The position numbers and the translations under genes were made by a program. Of a stretch of 54,688 nucleotides of DNA, positions 28,571 to 36,647 are shown in pieces. The notes under the pieces are model-generated. The model ran no database searches. It was not told the origin of the DNA and worked only from the letters and a program-made list of their open reading frames with translations. Each line of letters opens with the position of its first letter. The first letter of the stretch is position 1. This DNA comes from a virus (taxonomy: Duplodnaviria; Caudoviricetes), in the IMG/VR virus record IMGVR_UViG_3300050132_000403, positions 1 through 54,688 of that record; one strand, written 5' to 3'.

Positions 28571-29782
28571 TTATACTGTTAAACCTAAAACTGTTGCAGC
28601 AGTTGGGACTAAAATTTGGTTATTATAATACACTGGGTTCAAACTTCCACTAAAATTTGATATAATATTTCCTGTAAGATCCAACATAAGGAAACCCTGT
28701 AATATTGGAAGAGATTGGTTACTTATGGTCAAATCAGTTTTTGGAAACCAGTAGGCATTAGGCAAATATAGGCAACCCGGTGTATTTTGCACAATTTCAA
28801 AAAGTGTAGTCCATTGAACTAAAGTTGTAGAACTATTAAAAGTTCTAAAGTCTAGTAATTTTGACCATGCAGTTTGGACATTTATTCTAAAAGTATCAGA
28901 ATTAACTGAAGGGTCAATTGATACACGGAATGAAGATGAGAATGGTTGTAAGATTGCATTTACAAGTGTTACTCCTGTAAATTTTGTACCAAATGGTGAA
29001 ATATCTGTAAGTGAAAAATAATCCTGTGCTGCGGTTAATAACTGACTTAATTCTGTTGAATTTAATTGAGAAGCATCTTGTGTAATTATCGCAAGAATTG
29101 TCTGTCCTGTATTTGACAAACCGTTGGAAAAAACTTTTAAGACTTTAGGGTTTTGGTTTATGAAAACCTGAGTTAAACACTCAAGTGTAGAAGTTGCAAG
29201 TTGGTTTGGTCCTAGTTTTATACGAGTTCTAAATGTATTATCATCTTCTGCATCTCGACCACCTTGTGCCTGAACTTCATTTACTACAAAATTTACGCCT
29301 GAAACATTTGGACTAAGGGAAGTTGCTGTTAAAGGAGGTATATTAGTTACAGAACCTTGTGTCTGACTTGAGCATGATTGGTAACAATAACCCCAACTTG
29401 GTATAGTAAAGTCGGCTGAAAACTGGAAAATTATTCCTGAATTTGACTGAACAAGATTTGTAAGTGCAATTACTGTAGTTCCGGGCGTTCCTTGGACACG
29501 AACATAAGTTGAAGAACCAGAAGCTCCGAGGCGGGGCGAAATTCCATATATAATTGCTGCTTGGTCAAGTTGTGAGCCGCTTGCTGAATCTATGTAGAGA
29601 GCTGATAAACTTAAAACTATATCTTTTTCTGCCTTCCCTGCTATTTTTGAAACTCCACCCGCTAAGCCTGAAAATACGCTATTAGGTGAAACTTTACTTA
29701 TTAAATCGCTTTGATTTAAAAGTGTCTCTATAAATAAATTTTTTCTGTCAAGCGAGGTTGATGGTACTAAGTTAAGGGGCAT
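28571..29782 (-). CDS. Baseplate wedge protein (J-like)
   Basis: ASGSQLDQAA..YGI.PR; GGRDAEDDNTFRTRI. Confidence 0.88.
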   Translation of the reverse strand: MPLNLVPSTSLDRKNLFIETLLNQSDLISKVSPNSVFSGLAGGVSKIAGKAEKDIVLSLSALYIDSASGSQLDQAAIIYGISPRLGASGSSTYVRVQGTPGTTVIALTNLVQSNSGIIFQFSADFTIPSWGYCYQSCSSQTQGSVTNIPPLTATSLSPNVSGVNFVVNEVQAQGGRDAEDDNTFRTRIKLGPNQLATSTLECLTQVFINQNPKVLKVFSNGLSNTGQTILAIITQDASQLNSTELSQLLTAAQDYFSLTDISPFGTKFTGVTLVNAILQPFSSSFRVSIDPSVNSDTFRINVQTAWSKLLDFRTFNSSTTLVQWTTLFEIVQNTPGCLYLPNAYWFPKTDLTISNQSLPILQGFLMLDLTGNIISNFSGSLNPVYYNNQILVPTAATVLGLTV

Positions 29783-29800
29783 TAAGTCTTCTTTTAGACT

Positions 29801-29808
29801 TAAAAATA
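29801..29808 (-). promoter_or_regulatory. TAnnTTTA promoter-like element upstream of the baseplate J gene
   Basis: TTCTTATTTTTA directly after a terminator; the same context occurs at 35897-35904 and 42849-42856. Confidence 0.55.
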
Positions 29809-29830
29809 AGAAATAAAATGTTGAGAAAAC

Positions 29831-29862
29831 AAAAAACCCTCAAATTTAATTTTAAGGTTTTT
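29831..29862 (-). terminator. Intrinsic terminator after the leader-family cassette
   Basis: Minus strand AAACCTTAAA...TTTGAGGGTTTTTTGTTTT. Confidence 0.55.
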
Positions 29863-29880
29863 AAAGAGTTAAAAGGTGTT

Positions 29881-30495
29881 TTAATCATCATCCTGTACTT
29901 CAACTCCATGTTTAGCTAGATCTTTTTCAAATCTGCCTTGATGTGGTCCTAATTCAGGGTTATGTTTATATTCTTGGTAATAACCTATACTATTAGTAAG
30001 ATGTACTTTTCTATCTTTAGGGTTGTAATAACCAAAAGAATCATTACCATAATCAATTCTATGAGTACCATTTTTATCAGGCCTATGATTTACAGATACG
30101 TGTTTATCAAGTGTAGATAAAACTTTGTGAGTATGGTCACTTACATTTTCTTTTTCTTTATCTTTTTGGTCAAGTTCAATATATTTCTTCTGATGTTGTT
30201 TCCTATTTTCCATATTTTTTGGAATACGTTGGCTTTCATCTCTATAATCCCCTTTACCTACTACAAAATTTATAGTAGCTGCGTCACCATGGTCTTCTTT
30301 AGTGAAATCTTTGTGACTTGGATGGTCAAAAGAATCGTAAATAGGTTTACCACTCTTTGTGTGACCTATAATTTTACCTCCACGGGAACCTTCACCACCT
30401 TTCACTAACTCATCACTCTCACCCTTCAAAATCTCATCCGCATTACTATATAAACCTAGTATTCTTTTTGAATTTATTTCTTTATCGTAATTCAT
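29881..30495 (-). CDS. KGGEGSRGG-motif protein (putative head-packaged/internal protein)
   Basis: RILGLYSNADEILKG...VKGGEGSRGGKIIGHTKSGKPIY. Confidence 0.7.
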   Translation of the reverse strand: MNYDKEINSKRILGLYSNADEILKGESDELVKGGEGSRGGKIIGHTKSGKPIYDSFDHPSHKDFTKEDHGDAATINFVVGKGDYRDESQRIPKNMENRKQHQKKYIELDQKDKEKENVSDHTHKVLSTLDKHVSVNHRPDKNGTHRIDYGNDSFGYYNPKDRKVHLTNSIGYYQEYKHNPELGPHQGRFEKDLAKHGVEVQDDD

Positions 30496-30498
30496 TAT

Positions 30499-31038
30499 TT
30501 ATTTTTTGTTAAGTCTATCATAAGTAGTTTTTGCTATTGTTTTAAGATCTTTTTGAGAAGGATATTCATTATTACGGGCACAAAGGTCAAATGCAAAGAG
30601 TTTTAAATCATCAACTGCATTCTCAGGTGTCATATTTTTTAGTTTTTCTTTTTGTTCATTACCATAATGAGATAAAATTTCATCTGCTTTTTTATTATAA
30701 TATTTTTCTGATCCCCCTTTATTAGATTCATTAAGGTCTTTACTTCCTGTTCTTACTAATATATTTTTAGCACTTTTATGATTAATAGATTGAGCTAAAT
30801 TATATTCTTTACCTTCTTTTTCATGAATATCGGCTGCATCCTGATGATCCTCAGCTGTAAAGGATCTGTAAGATTTGGAATCATTTCCATTATCATAAAT
30901 AGGTTTTCCACTCTTTGTATGTCCTATAACTTTTCCTCCTCTTGAACCTTCTCCACCTTTTTCTAATATATCTTCAGTATTTGAATACATTGACAAAATA
31001 CGTTCAGACTTTGCTTTATTTAGATTGTTTATCTCCAT
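30499..31038 (-). CDS. KGGEGSRGG-motif protein (paralogue)
   Basis: MEINNLNKAKSERILSMYSNTEDILEKGGEGSRGGKVIGHTKSGKPIY; start moved to the ATG at 31038. Confidence 0.7.
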   Translation of the reverse strand: MEINNLNKAKSERILSMYSNTEDILEKGGEGSRGGKVIGHTKSGKPIYDNGNDSKSYRSFTAEDHQDAADIHEKEGKEYNLAQSINHKSAKNILVRTGSKDLNESNKGGSEKYYNKKADEILSHYGNEQKEKLKNMTPENAVDDLKLFAFDLCARNNEYPSQKDLKTIAKTTYDRLNKK

Positions 31039-31058
31039 AATTATGTAAATATACAAAA

Positions 31059-31988
31059 TTATATTGTAGTTTCCAACTGTAAAACCTCCTGTAACCTTGT
31101 TTGTACCGAATACGCCATATTTAACACATTTCCGGTAACTCCAATTGAAGTAATTGTAAAGTCTTTTATTGTATCATCGGTTGCAAAAGTATCCGCAAAT
31201 TGGCGCTGAATAACGGGGAAGTTAAGTGTTGCTTTTGTTCCCCCTACTACCAAACTTTTTTGTAAACCACTGTCTCTAAAATCTGGGTTACTATTCTTTT
31301 TTAGACTCCCAAGTATTTGGCATGCTTGGTTTATCGTATCATCATAACCGAGTACTACAACGTCCTGAGTTACGGGGTCAATTGTCAGCTCTTTTTGTAT
31401 GTCTTTACCATAAACACTCTTCCCATTTATTACATCGACTACTGAGTTTAATGGGAAGGCATAAACTGATTGTTTATTCCCAGTAACTTGGATATTTGTT
31501 CCACCTTCGGAAGTGTATTGTTCCTCCTCCAAATTATTTCTAACCGCAATACTATACCAGTCATCTTCCGGATTTTGGGATCCTTGTACATTTTGTGCAA
31601 CTTTTTCTAAAGATTCATATTCCGAAAGTGTATAGTTAAGTTCTTGAACGGGTGCATAAGCGACTGAGGTTGCAGAAGATCTTGCCCATCGGTTTATATT
31701 TTGAGCTGTTTGTACACGGGAATCTATTTGTTCTATTAAGTCGAGTAATTCGTAGTATTTATATTCTCCTAGCGAATTTTTAAAGTTTTGAAAGGTTGAG
31801 AAAATGGAACTTAATTGGTTTTGGAGACTCTGCAGATTTTGGTAAGGTACTGAACTTATGGTACTGATTTGTCCTGTGTAGTATTGAACTAAGGTTTGGT
31901 AGTCAGATGAAAAAAATGAAGTAACGGATGAGAAGAATGAGGTTAAGTCTACTCCAGTTTTTTGTTTAAAGTCGTCTATTACCATCAT
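31059..31988 (-). CDS. Baseplate protein (LysM-like region plus gp25-like C-terminus)
   Basis: ESLEKVA...WYSIAVRNNL; YGKDI; KNSNPDF..SGL; FATDDTI. Position precedes the J-like gene. Confidence 0.6.
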   Translation of the reverse strand: MMVIDDFKQKTGVDLTSFFSSVTSFFSSDYQTLVQYYTGQISTISSVPYQNLQSLQNQLSSIFSTFQNFKNSLGEYKYYELLDLIEQIDSRVQTAQNINRWARSSATSVAYAPVQELNYTLSEYESLEKVAQNVQGSQNPEDDWYSIAVRNNLEEEQYTSEGGTNIQVTGNKQSVYAFPLNSVVDVINGKSVYGKDIQKELTIDPVTQDVVVLGYDDTINQACQILGSLKKNSNPDFRDSGLQKSLVVGGTKATLNFPVIQRQFADTFATDDTIKDFTITSIGVTGNVLNMAYSVQTRLQEVLQLETTI

Positions 31989-32866
31989 TTCAGTTTCTTA
32001 TAAAAATTGTTGTGGTCGGTTGGTTGTATTTTAAATTTTTTGTATTTAAAATCAGTATCTGTATAGTCATCAAAATTTTCTATAACTATACTTTCAATTT
32101 TTATAGACGGACGACTGTACATATTCACACTACTATAACTATTGAAGGTTTTTACAAGATCATCAAGTTGCCTTTTAACAGTTATAGATTTACCCTCAGA
32201 ATTTTTTGTAGTTATTATTAGTGTTGGATCAATATTATCTGATAGATTATTTTGAACCTGATTTAAGAGCGTATTTATTTCACTTGTTTTAGTTGTTTCT
32301 GTGATTTTTTGCAGATAGTTATCTACTTCTTGCCTTTTTATTTCTTCTGTTTGAGTTTCGCTATGTAGTAATTCCTTTCGCTCGAAATGTTCAGAATATT
32401 TTTTATCTTTCTCTTCAATTTTTTCAATAATACTATTCTTTAACTGTTTTGCAGACTTATCTATTTGTCTTTGTCTTGCAGTTTCTGTAAGTTTATTAGT
32501 TTTTTCATCAAGTGTTGGTAATAATGCTGAAATTCCATCCCTTGTTCCAAATTGTTCTTTAGCATGTTGAAGTTCTGTAGGGGTTAAATAAATTCTTTCT
32601 CCTTCAGAATTATAAAACTGTCCCCTATAAGGTATTGAGTAGAAAAGTTTATCTTTTAAATCTGCAGATTCTTTACCATCACCTTTTAACCTACTATGTT
32701 CAGGTTTTTCTACTTCTTTTATTTTTACTTTGTGCCTACGCTGGAAATCTTTAGTTTTACCATGTACAAGTCCCCATTCAGATGTCAATGCTTTACACAG
32801 TTCATCTGCATTTGAGTACATAGAAAGAATTCGGTTCGCATTGGCCTTAAATAATTCGTTTATCAT
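31985..32866 (-). CDS. Hypothetical protein sharing the N-terminal leader of the KGGEGSRGG family
   Basis: MINELFKANANRILSMYSNADELCKA. Confidence 0.65.
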   Translation of the reverse strand: MINELFKANANRILSMYSNADELCKALTSEWGLVHGKTKDFQRRHKVKIKEVEKPEHSRLKGDGKESADLKDKLFYSIPYRGQFYNSEGERIYLTPTELQHAKEQFGTRDGISALLPTLDEKTNKLTETARQRQIDKSAKQLKNSIIEKIEEKDKKYSEHFERKELLHSETQTEEIKRQEVDNYLQKITETTKTSEINTLLNQVQNNLSDNIDPTLIITTKNSEGKSITVKRQLDDLVKTFNSYSSVNMYSRPSIKIESIVIENFDDYTDTDFKYKKFKIQPTDHNNFYKKLK

Positions 32867-33612
32867 CAGATTGGTAACTTTATTTTATCAATTGCGGTTA
32901 AAAGACTCTGTACTTGTTTTTGTGCATAACTATCAAGAACTAATTGTTTATCACTTTTTAGTTTTTGTCCTCCTACCAAATTTTTTGCATCTGCAACTGC
33001 TTTTAGTTGAAGTGTGTAATTCCATATCATATTAGATTCCTGTGATTGGGAAAATGATAATGACATGGGTACTACAAAGTAAGTAGTTCCTCTTGATAGG
33101 TTATAAAAAATTAGTTTTCTTGGACTATTTTGGTCAGTTATTTTTAAAGATGAGACTATGTTTTCAAGTATTTTTGTTAATCCGTACCCTGTTTTTACAT
33201 CATTATCAAATACATTTTGAACTAATTTTAAATAGTCAACTGTTGCATTTGCAGGGTCAGTAAAATTATGATATAAGTTTTGAGATGTATCACCTATTAA
33301 TACTTTAAATGCTTTTCCTCCAAAATTTCCAGACATTGTTATATCAATAGGTACAAAATTTGGGTTTGTTAATACTGTTATACCACCACTCGTTTTTTTA
33401 ACATTGGTTATTTCTGGTTTTGACTCTGAAAAATTTGAGGGGTTGATTGGAAAGATAAAATACTGTAACGTTTTAAAATTCTTATCAACTACTTCAAGTG
33501 CAAATACATATAATTCAAACTCATCAGGATATTGAAGGTTAAGTAATACCGACCCACCTTGACCGAGTAGTGCATTTCTTCTTGTTATTGCATCAGTTAT
33601 TCCGACTCCCAA
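32866..33612 (-). CDS. Baseplate/tube-initiator-like structural protein
   Basis: FIFPINPSNFSES.P.ITNVKKTSGG...ITMSGNFG...WNYTLQLKA. Confidence 0.6.
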   Translation of the reverse strand: MGVGITDAITRRNALLGQGGSVLLNLQYPDEFELYVFALEVVDKNFKTLQYFIFPINPSNFSESKPEITNVKKTSGGITVLTNPNFVPIDITMSGNFGGKAFKVLIGDTSQNLYHNFTDPANATVDYLKLVQNVFDNDVKTGYGLTKILENIVSSLKITDQNSPRKLIFYNLSRGTTYFVVPMSLSFSQSQESNMIWNYTLQLKAVADAKNLVGGQKLKSDKQLVLDSYAQKQVQSLLTAIDKIKLPI

Positions 33613-33730
33613 AATTGTAGTTATTTAATTTTTAATAATTAGACGGTTACTTTCTACTTCTCTGAACCCACAATTGGTATTCTCCATAGACACAACGGGT
33701 ATTTTTATCCCTGAATTTTTTAGTTTAAAA
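33613..33730 (-). ncRNA. Putative omega-RNA scaffold overlapping the tnpB 3' end
   Basis: GGG-ATAAAAA-TACCC hairpin, then TCTATGGAG...GAAGTAGA pairing after RuvC III. Boundaries are approximate. Confidence 0.4.
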
Positions 33731-34812
33731 AGCCTAAGGCCTTCTTTTTTAATATTGATTGCTGCGTTTAAATCTCTATTTAAGGTAAATCCGCAGTTAA
33801 AACAGTTGTAAGTTCTGGTAGATAGTAAAAGTGTATCTTTTTTGTTACCACAATTACTACAGAGTTTGGATGAGGGGTAAAAGGTTGAAACTTTGATGAG
33901 TTCTCTACCGTACCAATTACTTTTGTATTCTAACATATTAGTGAATAAACTCCAACTAACATCGTTTATAGATTTTGCTAATTTATGGTTTTTAACCAGA
34001 TTTTTTACTACTAGATTTTCAATTATAATCGTTTGGTTATCACTGATTAATTTATTTGAGATTTGATGGTAGTAATGGTTACGTTGATTAATTATTTTTT
34101 CATGTGTTTTTGCAATTTTAATTCTGAGTTTTTCACGGTTTTTACCACCCTTTTGGGTTTTAGAAAATTTTCTTTTTAAATGTAATAGTTTATATTTTTG
34201 TTTTTGTAATAATTTAAGATTTTCAAATTCTTGACCATCTGAGGTAGTAACAAAAGTTTTGATACCTAAGTCAATTCCAATGAGTTTATTGGTTTTAGGT
34301 AAGATTTTAACTTCTTTATCTTCAATTAAAAAAGTTGCAAAATATTTACCAGTTTTTTCTTTAATGAAGGTACATTTTTTAATTTTGGTATTTTTAAGTT
34401 TTTCAAGATATTTATCTGAGGTTTTAAAATTATATAAAGATTTTAAAAATTGTAGTTTATTATTTTTTATAATAATAGCTTGTTCATAACTAAAAGTTTG
34501 TTTATAGTCTTTCTTTTTAAATTTTGGGTAATTACCATCTTTAAAAAATTTTTGATATGTATTATCAACTTCTATACTTGCCTGCCTAATACATTCAGAT
34601 TTACAGATTTTTAAAAATGGTGCCTCATGTCTAAGTTTAAGAAGTTCTTTTTCAATACTATTACCACTTAAAGGTATTTTATACCAATTCCACATCTTAG
34701 TTTTATAATCTAAACACAGATTATAGGCAAAACGGTATCCATCAAAATGATTTTGAAGAATTATTTCTTGTTTTTTGGTTGGATAGATTTGTACTTTGAG
34801 TCGTTTAAACAT
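33625..34812 (-). CDS. tnpB: TnpB RNA-guided endonuclease (IS200/IS605 family, solo)
   Basis: KVQIYPT; RuvC I GIDLGIK, RuvC II IIIENL, zinc finger CSNC/CFNC, RuvC III RDLNAAINI. Confidence 0.92.
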   Translation of the reverse strand: MFKRLKVQIYPTKKQEIILQNHFDGYRFAYNLCLDYKTKMWNWYKIPLSGNSIEKELLKLRHEAPFLKICKSECIRQASIEVDNTYQKFFKDGNYPKFKKKDYKQTFSYEQAIIIKNNKLQFLKSLYNFKTSDKYLEKLKNTKIKKCTFIKEKTGKYFATFLIEDKEVKILPKTNKLIGIDLGIKTFVTTSDGQEFENLKLLQKQKYKLLHLKRKFSKTQKGGKNREKLRIKIAKTHEKIINQRNHYYHQISNKLISDNQTIIIENLVVKNLVKNHKLAKSINDVSWSLFTNMLEYKSNWYGRELIKVSTFYPSSKLCSNCGNKKDTLLLSTRTYNCFNCGFTLNRDLNAAINIKKEGLRLFKLKNSGIKIPVVSMENTNCGFREVESNRLIIKN

Positions 34813-35054
34813 TATTCTATATTCCCTTCTAAAATTATTGGAATTACGTTTGTTTGTGTTGTTGGTGAACCAACGGTTATTATTTCTCCTGGTATAATTC
34901 TAATTGTTGCAGACTTTATAGCGTTATAAACAAGGGATTCAACCATATCACAATAATTTGTAATTGCTATAGCCTGATCTTTTATAGGTTTTGCATTTAC
35001 ATTTGTGATAAATGTATTAAGTTGTTTAGAGAATTGTCCCTCTATAAGTGGCAT
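34812..35054 (-). CDS. Small baseplate-associated protein
   Basis: 80 aa following the spike-like gene. Confidence 0.55.
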   Translation of the reverse strand: MPLIEGQFSKQLNTFITNVNAKPIKDQAIAITNYCDMVESLVYNAIKSATIRIIPGEIITVGSPTTQTNVIPIILEGNIE

Positions 35055-35065
35055 ATATAATTTTC

Positions 35066-35893
35066 TTAATCTGTGAATGCTATTTGACTCAATATTTTAT
35101 CAGTAGAATTTTTTAAATCTACTATTTGTTGTGCCGTTAATATAGGCATTTGCCCAAGTGCAGTTGTTGTTGTGGTTTGTCCTAATATATCAAAAAGATT
35201 GTTAAATATTTCCCTTGTCTGATTCCCAAGCGTTATGGGTTCAGTTCCTTTATTTACTGTAAACTTATTATTCTCAAAATGGTTTTCATCGGTTGTTTGT
35301 ATAAATGAAGAACTATCACCACTATCATCATCTGTAGTTTTTATTGAGGTAGATACTGATTGGTTGAAACTTATATTTTGAGAATCAAGTTCTACATTTC
35401 CCTGAATATTTAGTTTTAGTAAACCATTATTATCACTGTTGATAATATTTATATCAATTTCTCCACCTGATGTTCCACTTACTGTTATTCCTAATATTGA
35501 GTTTTTAGGGTCCCCTGAAAATTCTACAAAGTTTTCTCCAAATAGTCTATTTATTTTAAATTTATGTTCTCCAAGTCCTGATAAGTGGTCATTTTTTGGA
35601 ATTCTTCCAACAATTACCGGGACATTATTTGGAGGTAAATTAATCCAAATAACTTGACTACCTAATGTTGTATTATCGACTGGAAATTCAATAAAGTTAA
35701 GGACCATAGGGTCAATCATAACTCTATTGAAAAACCCCCCGTCTTCAGTTTTTATTGTAACCCTATTTTGTAAATAGCAAAGTTTTATATACTTATCCCG
35801 TGTTATATCATTTGGGATACAAATATATCCAAGTCCCCCAGAAAAATTTGAAGTGGCGAGTTGAGTTGTACCTACAGGATTAGTCACATCCAA
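35066..35893 (-). CDS. Putative baseplate spike / gp5-like protein
   Basis: FP....LGSQVIW...PVIVG OB-like region, beta-rich middle, EPITLGN near the C-terminus. Confidence 0.55.
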   Translation of the reverse strand: MDVTNPVGTTQLATSNFSGGLGYICIPNDITRDKYIKLCYLQNRVTIKTEDGGFFNRVMIDPMVLNFIEFPVDNTTLGSQVIWINLPPNNVPVIVGRIPKNDHLSGLGEHKFKINRLFGENFVEFSGDPKNSILGITVSGTSGGEIDINIINSDNNGLLKLNIQGNVELDSQNISFNQSVSTSIKTTDDDSGDSSSFIQTTDENHFENNKFTVNKGTEPITLGNQTREIFNNLFDILGQTTTTTALGQMPILTAQQIVDLKNSTDKILSQIAFTD

Positions 35894-35919
35894 ATTTAAA
35901 AATAAGAATGTTTGGAAAT

Positions 35920-35950
35920 AAAAAAACCCCTTAAGAATATTAAGAGGTTT
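35920..35950 (-). terminator. Intrinsic terminator
   Basis: Minus strand AACCTCTTAA-TATTC-TTAAGGGGTT followed by a U run. Confidence 0.65.
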
Positions 35951-35973
35951 AAAAAAAAGAAAAAAAAATGTTT

Positions 35974-36600
35974 TTAATTTCCTGGATAACTTACATGATG
36001 GTCTTTCCCATAAGTTACATTTGTAGATTCTGGTTCATCCCATTTATCAGAAGATTTATATCCATTTTGTTTAAGATTTCTTTCATGTTCTTCTTTTGAG
36101 GTTGAACTTGCATTTTGAAAGAAAGTAGCTTTACCATGTTTTTCTTCCATTTCTTTATGGTGTTTATCAAAATCACTATAAGTTTTTGGATTATGTTCTT
36201 CTACTTTTCCCTTATCAGCTGCCTCATGAAACGAATTCTCTCGTTTACTAGTTAGAGAATGACCAGTTCCATTTCCACTACCCTTATTTTTGTTTGAGTC
36301 TCCAAAAAAGTATGATCCATTATTACCAGGAGTCCCGTTACCACTATTTTTATTCTTATCTGGTGATGAGAAAAACCGTGAACTTGTATCACCTTCTTCT
36401 CTTAATTTAAAATCTTTATCTACAGAACTATTAGCATATATAGGTTTCCCTGATTTGGTGTGACCTATAATTTTTCCACCACGACTTCCTTCACCACCTT
36501 TTTCTAAATCATTTTTATCTTCTGACTTTAAAATTGCATCCACATTTGAATAACAAGATAATATTGTTGCAGCTCTGCCTTTATTTAGATTATTAATCAT
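35974..36600 (-). CDS. KGGEGSRGG-motif protein (paralogue)
   Basis: MINNLNKGRAATILSCYSNVDAILKS...LEKGGEGSRGGKIIGHTKSGKPIY; internal F..S..KNK.SGNGT duplication. Confidence 0.7.
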   Translation of the reverse strand: MINNLNKGRAATILSCYSNVDAILKSEDKNDLEKGGEGSRGGKIIGHTKSGKPIYANSSVDKDFKLREEGDTSSRFFSSPDKNKNSGNGTPGNNGSYFFGDSNKNKGSGNGTGHSLTSKRENSFHEAADKGKVEEHNPKTYSDFDKHHKEMEEKHGKATFFQNASSTSKEEHERNLKQNGYKSSDKWDEPESTNVTYGKDHHVSYPGN

Positions 36601-36647
36601 TTTTATAATTATTTATAAATATATACAATTTTTATTTAAAAACAAAA

